Below are positions 47,292 to 60,899 of a stretch of 64,000 bases of DNA, piece after piece. The translations under genes and the position numbers were made by a program. The notes beneath the pieces are model-generated. The model saw only the letters and a program-made list of their open reading frames with translations, did no database searches and was not told the origin of the DNA. The stretch is taken from positions 8,680,001-8,744,000 of the forward strand of contig OZ249439.1 in assembly GCA_965235115.1 (NCBI GenBank). The letters are read 5' to 3'. The number at the start of each line of letters is the position of its first letter. Positions within the stretch are counted from its first letter, which is position 1. The DNA comes from Laetmonice hystrix (Eukaryota).

Positions 47292-47545
47292 CGTAGAACC
47301 GATACCCCCTGACGTGTACCGGTGACCACTAGCTCGGACTGACCCACCGCCATATATAGAACCGATACCCCCTGACGTGTACCGGTGACCACTAGCTCGG
47401 ACCGACCCACCGCCATATATAGAACCGATACCCCCTGACGTGTACCGGTGACCACTAGCTCGGACTGACCCACCGCCATATATAGAACCGATACCCCCTG
47501 ACGTGTACCGGTGACCACTAGCTCGGACCGACCCACCGCCATATA
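47292..47545. repeat. 63-bp unit, 4 copies
   Basis: tagaaccgataccccctgacgtgtaccggtgaccactagctcgg... Confidence 0.93.
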
Positions 47546-49658
47546 TCTCCCTCCCCCACCCCTCTCCTGGGAGACCAGGGAAGATATTGAGTATAATTCT
47601 ATTGGTTGGTGTCAGCAGGGCGAACACCCACCATTGATGTGTTATTAGTGGCGACTGGCCACCAGATCGGGTTCTCTGCAGGGTCACTGGGTTTGGTATT
47701 CCGATCACTTTATCGGGCAGGACCCTTCTGGGCCCCCGAGAGTTATTACGCTACTCTGGGTGTATAACATATGCATCAAAGTTAACACAGTGAGGGGCAG
47801 ACCTCCCATATCTCAGGGCCTCTTGGACGACCAGGTGCTCATATATTGTTGAGTTTACCATCACCAGGTGACCAGTAAATGTAACTTTTGTGTTCCTATA
47901 CGTCGAGCGAAACACTGCGTGTCTTAACTTAACACCCTAGGTACAGGCTAGTGGTGATATATGAAGATTATATCGTTAAATCATGACATTCCTTCTTCGA
48001 GGCTGGGATTTCCAAGACTAGCGTCGAGATATCTGGAAGCAAGACGAGAAGCCGTTAGGTGCTAAACTTGCGTATTTAACAATGTACCCGCTAGGCCTGA
48101 TACATCTCAACACTACCACCTTCATCAATATTTATACCACATCCCATATCTACCTTGACCAAACAGCCCACTGCCCTCGCCTGGGCACACACGGCCACTG
48201 AATGCTAGCGTCCCGAGAACCGATCGCTGAGATCTCCCTGACTGAGTCTGTGTGCACAGCCAGCCCGTTTGTTAGCGAATAGATTACCCCGGTAATTAGC
48301 TGTGTTGTTTGTGAGCCAAGGAATATGTCAGGAACCCATAATGTTCACACCATGACTACAATGAGGCCCCTCTAACCAGGAGAGACGGGCAGATCCACAT
48401 CATGGTGTGATGGTGTGAGGTTGGGAGATGGGCCTCGTCAGATGGGACATGCTGCGGGACCCTCGGATCCCCATACAAAGACATGGCCTCCAATCACAGC
48501 GGCAGGCGATGGTGGAGAACCTCTTCAAAGGCACGTTCACAACAACTCCTCCCTCCTTCCCTCACTGCTGGAGCTTCTGGTGGTGAAAGGAACACAGGCC
48601 CTCACTCATACAGCCTCCCCTCCTCCCTCCCCCACTGGCGGCGGAGACGGACCCTGTCATCTGTCACATCAGATACTCGACTGAAGTAGTAACGGCGGCA
48701 GATTACCACCTTTCGCTTCCCTCTGTAACTGTTACAAGAGCTGTAGTATAAGAGGGAGCTGTCCTCTGTATACGTGTGTGTGTGAATGATTGTGTCCCTT
48801 TCACTGTCCCTTTCCATGCACAGTGACTACAGTTAACCACCACAGTAAGTTACTACCTCTCATGTCCCCTTGAGACACAAATCACAGATATATCACACTG
48901 AACCGAATCTGTGCACCGCTCAGAGCATTCACAGCTGGTGATTGGTCACTTCCAGCCCATAGTCTCCTCATCCTGGAGTGGATGTCGTTAATCCAGGATT
49001 ATACAGCGATAATCCAGTCACAGGAGGACTGTTATGTCTGTGGTAGCTTGCATGATAATCTCCGCTATGTCTCTATCTCGTACACACAGACATACAATCA
49101 CTGAGGTCACGATATAGTGACCTATGTCTGGAATAGACTGTGCCTTGTCTCTCACAACTTTTGTTCTACATACATGAGGCAGACTTGGCGAGCATAAAAC
49201 AATCGGTTATCTGTATCAGACAGACGTCACGCAATCAGAACACGCCTGTTTCTCAGATCGTCGGATTGGTATGTCCCTGATGAGTGGAATCTACAGTAAG
49301 ACATGCGAGGTCCACCTGTCTGTCGGTATAATGACCTTTTTATTTTGTACAGAATCTGCCAGCAAGAATGCGACTCCACCATTCTTGCTGCCAGTTGGTG
49401 TCGAGATGCCTGATATCTAGTGTGATCTGTTGATAGATTACGTCCCAAGTCACTCCATGGGGTTCATTCTACCCGTGGATTGGAGATCACAATTATTGAC
49501 TCTGTCTCATTCATACACCGTCCACAGTCCTCCACACACATCAACTCTCAAAGGAATAGTACCTTCTGTCTGGTGTCACAGATTCTTACTGCATAATACC
49601 TGCCATATGTACACGGCACCCTTTACTGTCTGTCTGGATCCCTGATACAAGGGATCCT

Positions 49659-50482
49659 TCATGAGTCTGCTGTCTTTGGCTGCTTGAAGAGTTCATCTAC
49701 CAGGTACCTCACTCATTCAGAAGGCGGGCCTCATGAGTCTGCTGCCTCTGGCTGCTTGAAGAGATCAGGTACCAGGTACCTCCCCAAATCAAAAGGCGGG
49801 TCTCATGAGTCTGCTGCCTCTGGCTGCTTGAAGAGATCAGGTACCAGGTACCTCCCTCGTTCAACAGTCGGGCCTCATGAGTCTGCTGCCTCTGGCTACT
49901 TGAAGAGATCATGTCCCAGGTACCAGGTACCTTCCTCGTTCAACAGGCGGGCCTCATGAGTCTGCTGCCTCTGGCTGCTTGAAGAGTTCATCCACCAGGT
50001 ACCAGGTACCTTCCTCGTTCAACAGGCGGGCCTCATGAGTCTGCTGCCTCTGGCTACTTGAAGAGTTCATCCACCAGGTACCAGGTACCTTCCTCGTTCA
50101 ACATGCGGGCCTCATGAGTCTGCTGCCTCTGGCTGCTTGAAGAGTTCATCCACCAGGTACCAGGTACCTTCCTCGTTCAACAGGCGGGCCTCATGAGTCT
50201 GCTGCCTCTGGCTGCTTGAAGAGGCCCGGTACCAGGTACCTCCCCCATTCAAAAGGCGGGCCTCATGAGTCTGCTGCCTCTGGCTGCTTGAAGAGGCCCG
50301 GTACCAGGTACCTGCCTCATTCAAAAGGCGGGCCTCATGAGTCTGCTGCCTCTGGCTGCTTGAAGAGGCTAGGTACCAGGTACCTCCCTCATTCAACAGG
50401 CGGGCTTCATGAGTCTGCTGCCTCTGGCTGCTTGAAGAGTTCATCCACCAGGTACCAGGTACCTTCCTCGTTCACCAGGCGG
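49659..50482. repeat. 72-77-bp unit (tcatgagtctgctgcctctggctgcttgaagag...aggtaccaggtacc), about 11 copies
   Basis: Length variants come from an extra accaggt module. Confidence 0.93.
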
Positions 50483-50679
50483 GCATGGTTTGTGGCTAGC
50501 GTGACGGTACCATGTACTCTGGCATCACGAACCAATAGCAGCACTGCAATACGTCAATGATTCCATCGAGACACGCCCACTGATATCGTCCTCTGACCCT
50601 TACCAACTGCTAACACTACCACTAATCATCATTAGGCTCACCGTCTTGTGGCTGTCTGTACAAACACCGTGAATCATTG

Positions 50680-50850
50680 CCGCCCCCTGCCGTGCTCAGA
50701 TCCTTAATAGCAGGGTAATGATCCTATTCCGGACCGGGATTACCCTGGGCCGGGGCCGTGAAGACCCGGCGGGCGGGGCGGGCGGGGTGGGCCGGCCGGC
50801 CACCTGGACCCGATCACGGCCAATGACCATGGAATGCCAATAACATTGCA
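50680..50850. promoter_or_regulatory. GC-box cluster (gggcggggcgggcgggg) followed by CCAAT motifs; possible intronic promoter
   Basis: Motif content only. Confidence 0.3.
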
Positions 50851-53334
50851 TGGATTGCATCCTAAATACCTGGCTACATGACTTAGCCAGTCAGACCCTC
50901 GCTCACGACATCACAACAGCTGTCTCCACATTCACAGATAAACCAACTCCGGTGTCTTACCGATTCTGTCTGATCCACATGAAAGTCCCCACCCTCATCC
51001 TTTAAGATGCGGGACAAAAATGTACTACAAATTACAAAAGGTTTTCTGAATGCTCTGCTGCAACATTTCTGATGACATAAAAAGGCACACCGCATGAAAG
51101 CTGGCGCTCATGTTCCTTTAGTCCATTTTCAGGTTCATCTTGCAAAGCCTTCTTTGAGAATACTGTGATAAAAAGCTTCGCTATTGCGAGAAAAAGAGAA
51201 AAAGGTTGCCTGATTGTTCTCATAACTCAGTGCTGACAAAGAATCCCCCCATGCCTCCCCCGGCCCCTACCAATATGTCTCCATACTCCCGCTGCCGTCC
51301 TTACAACCTTTGCCGAACCAATTACCATATGGCCCTCATATCTTCTAGCTCGCACATTTCCATTTCCGCGGTCGGTTTGCGACAGCATTGACACGGAAAG
51401 AGATAGGAAAACCTCGCTGTTCATAATCTGCCCGTTGTTATTTGAGGAGGACTAAACCCGCCACTGTACTCTACGTATTACGACGTGTTACATGTATATG
51501 CTCAACTACTTATGGTCCATAGTTTTGTTTAAATCCGACATTAAAACGTTGAGAAAGTGGCTGGTTGACAGCTTGTCCATGGGAAGCGGTATGTGGCTTC
51601 CTTTCACATCGGTGCGCTGATCAATGCGGGAGATTTCAACCCCCATTGAAAACAGCGTGCTGCCCGCAGAGGTGCTACTGTGTGAGTCAGTGGCCCAGGA
51701 TATCATGTGACCGCCCCCGACATTAACCTCCAGAGGTGTGATGACTCCGACGTCAGCCCTTTATTTCCACAAACTACATACATTTTTCGAGATATTTCCG
51801 TATGAAATACGAGACATACTCAGAGAGTGTGTCCAGAACAGTACGGAACATGTGACATCACTGGGTATCAACTCCTTGGGGAGTTCCAGCCTCGTTTGGG
51901 TACCAGTGACCCAGATATCAATGTCGACTTGCAGCACATTAACCACGTGACCGGGCCAGGATCCAATCAAACGATGACGGATAGTCCCACACTAATACCG
52001 TCTTCAGGCGGTATGCTCCAGAACAAACACACGACCACTGCACCAGTGTTATTGGTATATCGTTCGGGAGGTCGATGTGACTTCAGAGGAAGGCAGATAA
52101 AATTGGCGATCTATGCGTCTGCAAATTACTTACGGTGGATACAACAGAACCTTTGTTTGTTTTATAAAGACATTTGTCAGTTCGTTGCCCTTGCTCATAC
52201 CTATAACAGAGTGTTGTAAAAGTAAAACTCCGAGCCCGTCAAGTTCAGTTTAAGTTCTCTTCCAGTTACCTCGGTCGTTCACGAGATCCACACATTCCGC
52301 GAGGCATACGTGTGGTCCCTGCAGTCGATCTTCGGTCCTGTCTCACCAATCAAGGAGCCATATTATCTGGCCTATTTTTGTTGCTATCTAATCAAATATG
52401 GTGGCTGGGCGGACACTACTGGGGTTTCCACTCAATTTTCAGCCCATACACATGTTCTCCCCTTCTTCTGGAAGAGAGTTTCACCCAGCGCGCCTAGTGG
52501 TGGGCGCAATGGGTGAAGAATTCTTTCTTCAAGTTGAGACTAACCCCCTAAACCTTACCTTAGTGTTCTGTGATTAGCTAATAATCTAGGGACCTATCTA
52601 TCTCATCCCACTACTAGGCACACCGGGTGAAAACTCTCTTCTTGAAGAAGGAGAGACCAACAGAATTCTCTCTTCTTCGAAGGAGAGAACATGCGTATCG
52701 GGTCCTATTTTAGAGATGCCAACAGATTCCGACATGGTGAACGAATCTCGCGGTTTGGGGCGGGAGAGACAAACTGATGAGGGTGTCAGCACTGTCAAAG
52801 TTTGACACACTTAATGAATAATGTTGCGTGCTGTCAGTGGCGATGGCTTCCCTCCGCTGTTAGTGGCGCCAGACGCTAATATCAGAGCGTCACAGCGGGA
52901 TGGGGAGGGGAGACCGCGCCAAGGTCACGCAGGTCGTTACAACCGTAATATGTTATGACATACTGGTTATGGTTAGGTCATCAAGCGTCATCACCTGGTC
53001 CATGGGAGCTACGACTGGTAACGGTACAGTTGGGGGTGACCAATGATTGCTCAGGCCCTATCTGACCCGGGGGGGGGGGGGGGGCTCAGCCCACTTGTCA
53101 TTCAGCCGGGGACCTATTCTAGGGTGAGGATGACCGTCAGTAGATTTACTCCAGCCCAAGTGTAACAAACCTGAGCCTTTCAAGGGATTTAATGACGCTG
53201 AGTGTGGCGGTACGATTGTTCTTTATGTTAGAATAAGGTTTGCTGGAGCCTAATGATATCGGCTCCCACCCTCCTACTTGTGGACTGAACGGCTGGGGGC
53301 TGTGGGATCCGCTGGAAGCCTGAGAGGAGTCAGG

Positions 53335-54190
53335 GGATCGGCTGGGGGTGAGAGATTGGCCGGGGGGCTGTGGGGAGTCGGTGATCGGCTGGGGGTGAGA
53401 TTGGCCGGGGGGCTGTGGGGAGTCGGTGATCGGCTGGGGGTGAGATTGGCCGGGGGGCTGTGGGGAGTCAGGGGATCGGCTGGGGGTGAGAGATTGGCCG
53501 GGGGGCTGTGGGGAGTCGGGGGGATCGGCTGGGGGTGAGACTGGCTGGGGGGCTGTGGGGAGTCAGGGGATCGGCTGGGGTGAGAGATTGGCCGGGGGCT
53601 GTGGGGAGTCAGGGGATCGGCTGGGGGTGAGATTGGCCGGGGGACTGTGGGGAGTCGGTGATCGGCTGGGGGTGAGAGATTGGCCGGGGGCTGTGGGGAG
53701 TCAGGGGATCGGCTGGGGGTGAGATTGGCCGGGGGGCTGTGGGGAGTCGGTGATCGGCTGGGGGTGAGATTGGCCGGGGGGCTGTGGGGAGTCAGGGGAT
53801 CGGCTGGGGGTGAGAGATTGGCCGGGGGGCTGTGGGGAGTCAGGGGATCGGCTGGGGGTGAGATTGGCCGGGGGGCTGTGGGGAGTCATGGTGATCGGCT
53901 GGGGGTGCGAGATTGGCCGGGGGGCTGTGGGGAGTCGGTGATCGGCTGGGGGTGAGATTGGCCGGGGGGCTGTGGGGAGTCAGGGGATCGGCTGGGGGTG
54001 AGATTGGCCGGGGGGCTGTGGGGAGTCAGGGGATCGGCTGGGGTGAGAGATTGGCCGGGGGGCTGTGGGGAGTCAGGGGGATCGGCTGGGGTGAGATTGG
54101 CCGGGGGGCTGTGGGGAGTCTGGGTGTTCGGCTGGGGATGAGAGATTGGCCGGGGGGCTGTGGGGAGTCTGGGTGTTCGGCTGAGGGATT
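53335..54190. repeat. G-rich minisatellite, about 43-46-bp unit, about 19 copies
   Basis: ggctgggggtgagagattggccggggggctgtggggagtcaggggatc; 3-4 G-runs per unit. Confidence 0.95.
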
Positions 54191-55820
54191 GGACGGGGAG
54201 CCCGAGGGACTGGTTGGGGAGGCCTGAGGGGAGGGTGGCTGAGGGTGCGAATTGGGACTGTCTCTGTGCGCATTGGGACTGACTCACTTGCAAGCTGTGG
54301 GACTGGCCGCATAGATCCGCAGGGCCCTGAGTGGGGAGCTCGGGGACTGACAGAGAGCTGATTGGGGAGCCCGGGGACTGACAGAGAGCTGAGTTGGGAG
54401 TTTGAACAGGGACTCACGAAGAGCTGTGTTGGGAGCTGGGGGGGCCACCAGCCAGGCACGGTGCCTGGGGGAGAGACACTGAGACATACATGCCCCAATT
54501 ACCAGTCAAAGCATTTATATCTATACCAGACTCACCGCCTCAAACCAAAATCAAATCAGCCCCCAACGACACGAGGGCCCTATAATTGAGGAGCAAACGT
54601 GGATGATTTGGTAAAATCGGTCAGTGGGAATGTCCCATCCCTCTCCCAACCACCTCCCCACTGACATCAATGGTGCCCGGATTCTATTTCTGTCCCGGCC
54701 GGCAGTTATTGGGCGTACCAGACTTCAAAGACGTCCGAGCATTCACAGTGGCTGGTTTCACATCAGATGCTCTCGTCCAATGGTTGGTGAAGTCCTAATG
54801 AGCGCCACTCAACATATCGACCACAGAACCTGAAAGGACTATGAAAGACCTCCAGCCAATGGGAGCACCCAGAAACGGTTTCACTACATCTGTATCTGGT
54901 ATTTACGATCTGTATGTTAAACTGGTCAGCTAAAGTCGACGGATAGAGACTGGTCGACAAGTACATAAAGGGCGATATCTGAGGGGGATTTATTTTACGT
55001 TTTAGACTGGGCCTGCCCTTCATGATGTTACAGATGGCAAGAGTACTTCCAAACACTATTTTCACTTCCATAGACTGCGTGATTTCTGTAGCGTACTCTG
55101 TGTTTCGGTACTCCCATTCCGCGCTGACATACATACACTACGCCAGATTTCAACTGCCTCAACAACACATTGCACCACCAACAAGCTATACCCCCTGGAG
55201 TTACATCAGGTCTCAACTAAAACTAAGGCCCTACACTTCCCTACCTTCCCGATCCCCTTCCCCCTCGCCCATCTCATCCCCCCATCCCCTCTCAATGTGT
55301 CTCGTGTGCATGCTGTCGGGTGTTATCTCCATGGACCAGGCCTACTCCTGGTCCCACTCTCCGAGACAATAGGATAGACGCCACACTCCTATATATCTGC
55401 ACGCACAAAGCATCGTTGACCCAAATAAGCCAGCAAACATGCTTTGTTAATTAATATGTCAACATAATCCAGGTTCCTGGCCGTGACAATCACGTAAGCA
55501 GACCCAGCGTAATAACGTCCAAACATGTCAGGATGCACCCGGTAATCACGCAGCTACAGCGCCTCCTAGGGGTAATTTATTACATGATGAACGTGACCGT
55601 CTTGACGGTCATCGTTTGTATTATGAAATCAGTGTATCATGGGACAGGGGGACGTTTAGCGCCATCTACCGGCGACCAGTGTATCATCTACCGACGACCC
55701 GTGTATCATGGGACAGGGAGACGTTTAGCGCCATCTACCGGCGACCAGGGTGTGGACCACATGATGCCCGTTCATCATCCATCAAAACCCCGCTCGCCGC
55801 GCTCGATCTGGTCATAAACC

Positions 55821-56038
55821 AACGGTTACCACCAGACCTGACCACTCCAGGTCATCAGACCTCAGCTGACTATAGCCCACAATGTATGAGCCAAGGGTTA
55901 CCACCAGACCTGACCACTCCAGGTCATCAGACCTCAGCTGACTATAGCCCACAATGTATGAGCCAAGGGTTACCACCAGACCTGACCACTCCAGGTCATC
56001 AGACCTCAGCTGACTATAGCCCACAATGTATGAGCCAC
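55821..56038. repeat. 72-bp unit, 3 copies
   Basis: Identical copies. Confidence 0.94.
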
Positions 56039-57229
56039 GGGGGCACGCTGGGGTAAGCATCATCACCCCAGGTAAACACGTCCCTATACCCTTGAACACC
56101 AGGGGGCGCTTGTGTATACATACACGTTTGGATGGAGAATAAATATACGAGAAACCTGACTTGGTACGAAGGCTGAGCGTGGGTTTCAATGTCTGGAGAA
56201 CAAGGGAAAATGATTACAGAAACTAAAAAAATGGACAGTCTCTTTAGTCTTCCTCCGTGTATCGACGCCTGCCTTTAACGTGTCTTGTGTTCACAACACT
56301 TCTGAGTTAAACTGCGGACACCAACAATGGTGCAGACGGGTTACTTGATTGGTTGATTACAGAACAGGCCACTTGATTGGTTGATAATGGAATGAAGAAC
56401 TTGAGAGGTTGTCCATTGGGACAGTTCGATTGCACTACTTATACTTACTCGCCCGTCTGTGTGAGCTGGACTGGAGCGCCCACCCAGCCAACCTCAACAG
56501 GCTCGCTCACTGCAAGTAGTTTACAGAAATGGGGATTTGACTCGGGCCCGTTGCTTGGTCAAAACACATCGACCTTCAGTAAAGAGACCTCAAATTATCC
56601 GGCACACCGAGTTTTGTTACTACAATTCACACGTTGCAGTAATAACATGGTAGCTGGTAATATAAAGTCTTTACTTTTTGAACTGTGAGAAAACTGTCCT
56701 AATATAACGTCGTGGTTTGTATGCCTGGCATGTTTTGGGTTCGGGCACCCACAACAGATGACTGTCAATATTCGCACACTTTCCTCACACCCTGATAATA
56801 TCTCTTATTGCGGTATTATATGGAAGATGACATGTGGTCCAACTGTCCAATCAGTGGCCTTGTGGTGAGCTGATAGAACTATTAGATTTCTATTCAGTAT
56901 GAATCCCCGGGAGGTACAGACGATCCACCGGCCTCATTACCTACCGATCTCCGGTACACGCTCGACTTGTCCGACCAGTCGGGCCGTTCCACCAGACCTT
57001 ACCCACTGTTATAGTCTGGGTCCGAGTGACCCCACCCTCGGGTTATACCCGGCACAGTGACCCCATACACCTCGGTATGCCAAGCACAGCTCGGTGGCGG
57101 AGAAGTCAATGATAAAGAATCCCCAGCAGAGCGTGCATGCACTCAGCCAGGCCGCCCGGACAAATGGCCAAAACGTGTCGGGCCAACTGCTTGTTGTGTG
57201 CGGCCCGTTCCGTGGGCTGTCGGCAGGCT

Positions 57230-57421
57230 ACCACTGGCACACTACTACACAACACTTCAAGGATTGTGCTGTATAAACCTCACGCTTACTGCGGGACGGT
57301 AGACAATGCCAGTCTAATCTCAGAGACCACTGGCACACTACTACACAACACTTCAAGGATTGTGCTGTATAAACCTCACGCTTACTGCGGGACGGTAGAC
57401 AATGCCAGTCTAATCTCAGAG
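57230..57421. repeat. 96-bp direct duplication, 2 copies
   Basis: Copies start at 57230 and 57326. Confidence 0.94.
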
Positions 57422-58599
57422 AGCAGAGATGTCCCCGGGAAATGATGAGGTCAGACTCTGACAGCCACTTTCACTCGGCCCTAATCCGGTATTTTGACAA
57501 ACCTTTTAGCATCCCGCAAATATTGACCTCGTAAGAAATAACTTCTGGCAAACAGAAACGAGGACTGATATCAAACAGAACCTTATTCCAGCCTACATAT
57601 GTATATTGACATAAACTTACTGCAGCTACGCAAGGTGAATAGGCCACACCATGATTTACATACTACATGTATATAATCATAATCAATCAATCCAAAAATT
57701 GTGGACAGGTTGAGATATTCAAATAATAGATAGGGGCACCATCAGAATATTGTAGTCCAATTCCTTTCGTTTCCAAACTCATTGGTCCAACCACGCGTTA
57801 CTCCACCAGGCCCACAATTACCTGATATCCTGGGAATCTCACACCGATTCTCACTGATGGATTCTCCGCCTCACAGGTCCTTACCTATTTATACCACCCC
57901 CGCCTCGAGCTGATCACTCATATCAACAAGGTATCTCTGTGAAAGTGCCGCTTCCTCGGCCCGCTCACAGAGGTCAATGGAAATGACCAAGTGATCGTCA
58001 ACATAACTCTCTCCGCGGCTTGCAGCTTTCACAGCGACTGCCGCAGGATATTCTCCACTTCAAATCATCGCATGGAGAAGATGTATGAGGGGCTGACAGC
58101 AGTTTAATGGTATTCAGCGAGCTAAGGCACCGTCATATTCTACACGTAATGTTTCCTGGATGGGCCTTCATAGACCGGCTGTGAGCCCCACATTACCACA
58201 CCGACAGAACTGACCATCTCCGGCCGTCCGCCTCCATGGATGTTAATCCTTTACATGGGGCCCACCTCATAAACACCAACCGTTACACGGCGGAGAGGGG
58301 TCGTCAGGAAGGGGCCGTCTCATAAAGTACACCAACTGTTACACTTAGTGTGTGTGTTGGGGGGGGGGCTTCATCAGGAAGGAGTCGTCTCATAAACACC
58401 TACTGTTATAGCGATCGAGCGGGGGTCAGGAAGGGGCCGTCTCATAACCGTCAACCGTCAGAGTGAGCCGGGGGGTCAAGAAGGGACCGTCTCATGGCCG
58501 AATTCACACGCTCTACCACAGGCAGCCTCCGTAGGGGGATCACGGTGTGGGGTTTGGGCCCAGCCCCCTTTGCCATGTGGCCTATTGTTGCGGGACTGC

Positions 58600-59395
58600 C
58601 CCCATGGCCTTGTGTATTGACAACGTGGCCTTGTTTGGCAGCACTGAACACGTGGCCTTGTGTGAAGGTATGGACCAAGTGACCTTGTATTGCAGGATTG
58701 GCCACGTGACCTTGTTTGGCAGAATTGACCACGTGGCCTTGTTTGGCAGAATTGACCACGTGGCCTTGTTTGACAGCATTGACCACGTGGCCTTGTTTGA
58801 CAGCATTGACCACGTGGCCTTGTTTGACAGGATTGACCACGTGGCCTTGTTTGGCAGGATTGACCACGTGGCCTTGTTTGACAGCATTGACCACGTGGCC
58901 TTGTTTGACAGCATTGACCACGTGGCCTTGTTTGACAGGATTGACCACGTGGCCTTGTTTGGCAGGATTGACCACGTGGCCTTGTTTGACAGCATTGACC
59001 ACGTGGCCTTGTTTGACAGCATTGACCACGTGGCCTTGTTTGACAGCATTGACCACGTGGCCTTGTTTGACAGCATTGACCAAGTCAGCTTGTTTGGTAG
59101 AATTGACCACGTGGCCTTGTTTGACAGCATTGACCAAGTCAGCTTGTTTGGTAGAATTGACCACGTGGCCTTGTATGACAGCATTGACCAAGTCAGCTTG
59201 TTTGATAGAATTGACCACGTGGCCTTGTTTGACAGCATTGACCAAGTCAGCTTGTTTGGTAGAATTGACCACGTGGCCTTGTTTGACAGCATTGACCAAG
59301 TCAGCGTGTTTGGTAGAATTGACCACGTGGCCTTGTTTGACAGCATTGACCAAGTCAGCTTGTTTGGTAGAATTGACCACGTGGCCTTGTGTGAA
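58600..59395. repeat. 27-bp unit (ttgaccacgtggccttgtttgacagca), about 29 copies, with a 54-bp higher-order block and a degenerate left end
   Basis: Seen directly; open in most frames. Confidence 0.95.
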
Positions 59396-59929
59396 GTGGT
59401 TCCGCCCGAGGCTCAGTGACATTACTGGATATTGAGGATACACAAACTTGGATCAAACCCGATTATGCCCACACCAAGTGGTAACTTTCCCACGGATGTA
59501 CTCAGTCTAGAAATCCCTACTCTCTCAGCCAATAAAACACCACCTACCCCAACTGTTACTGTCCCCAAACGGTCAATACCATGGGTCAGATCGTTCCGTT
59601 TGATGTCATAGATCTTTACAGTAGTGACTGGAGAAATGGTGGGTTCTGTATCAGTGTAACATTGTATATTTAAATCGTACACACCAATGGTAACTCTCCC
59701 TTCAGTGTGAGTTTGACGAGGCTTGGCTAACATTGGTTAGCCCGACTCCGATCGTTTAGGCCTGTCATTTAGACTCCCTGGATTGATTCGTCAAATTTCT
59801 TACCACAGTCATTCAAACTAGATCTGAATATATCTACATAGTAACCACGGACATCGTTTTAATAGAGATTGAAACGTGCTCGGTAAGTTTTTCCTTCTGC
59901 CGCCCATTGCCGACATATGGTCTGTCATA

Positions 59930-60420
59930 TGGTACCCCCCCCCCCCCCCCACACACACACACAGTGTTTAAGTGATCCGGCAGACAGTATGAGTCCCGTG
60001 GTACCCCCCCCCCCCCCACACACACACACACACTCAGTGTTTAAGTGATCCGGCAGACAGTATGAGTCCCGTGGTACCCCCCCCCCCCCCCCACACACAC
60101 AGTGTTTAAGTGATCCGGCAGACAGTATGAGTCCCGTGGGAGCCTATCTCAGTATCCTATCTGTCGTATGGTACCCCCCCCCCCCACACACACACACACA
60201 GTGTTTAAGTGATCCGGCAGACAGTATGAGTCCCGTGGTACCCCCCCCCCCCCCCCCACACACACAGTGTTTAAGTGATCCGGCAGACAGTATGAGTCCC
60301 GTGGGAGCCTATCTCAGTATCCTATCTGTCGTATGGTCCCCCCCCACACACACACACAGTGTTTAAGTGATCCGGCAGACAGTATGAGTCCCGTGGGAGC
60401 CTATCTCAGCATCCTATCTG
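59930..60420. repeat. Compound array: poly-C + (CA)n + gtgtttaagtgatccggcagacagtatgagtcccgtgg, about 6 copies
   Basis: Seen directly. Confidence 0.92.
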
Positions 60421-60899
60421 TCAGCTTGTCTTTTAATCTTCCACCGCTATATCACACGAGGGGCACACAGCCGGGAGAAGCCGTACTCGTGTAAGCTTGC
60501 CTTACTATTAATGGAAACCCTTCCTGATGGACGTCACTGAATGGTCCGAGTTACTGGCAGGGGACGCCCACACGTGACACTTGTACGGCTTTTTGGTGGC
60601 TTCTATAATGCAGGTGGTGGCGGGCAGCAGGAGCAGCTGGAAGCTGGAGCAGCAGCTGGACACGGTACGGCTCAGCAAGGTACTGGGTGGCGGTGGTGGT
60701 GGTGGTGGTGATGGTTGGGCCAGTGTGAAGGCCAGTGGCTTGGGATAACACGGGGTTCAAAGTGTAATGAGATCGTTTAGATTCCAGCCGTGTATTGTGG
60801 TTCCAACAAACATAATCCCACAACTGCCTGCGATCAGGTTCATCATGGTAGCAGGATTCGAACAACACGCAAAATACACGCATCTTAACTGTTCCAATC

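Noticed and set aside
48483-48689. 68-aa + strand small ORF with a good Kozak context
   Set aside because: No homology I can recognise and no splice or promoter support; this length is expected by chance.
49360-49390. 11-bp inverted repeat cagcaagaatg/cattcttgctg
   Set aside because: Too short and isolated to call a structured RNA or an element end.
50883-56530. Scattered minus-strand exon-like segments (50958 donor, 51761-51970, 52598-52810, 54763-55134, about 56450-56510)
   Set aside because: Peptides do not match NBEA or any family I recognise, and I could not chain them into a consistent gene model.
59400-59460. GLIQV peptide resembling the NBEA N-terminal motif
   Set aside because: An in-frame stop lies two codons upstream, there is no acceptor, and the flanking residues do not match; coincidence.
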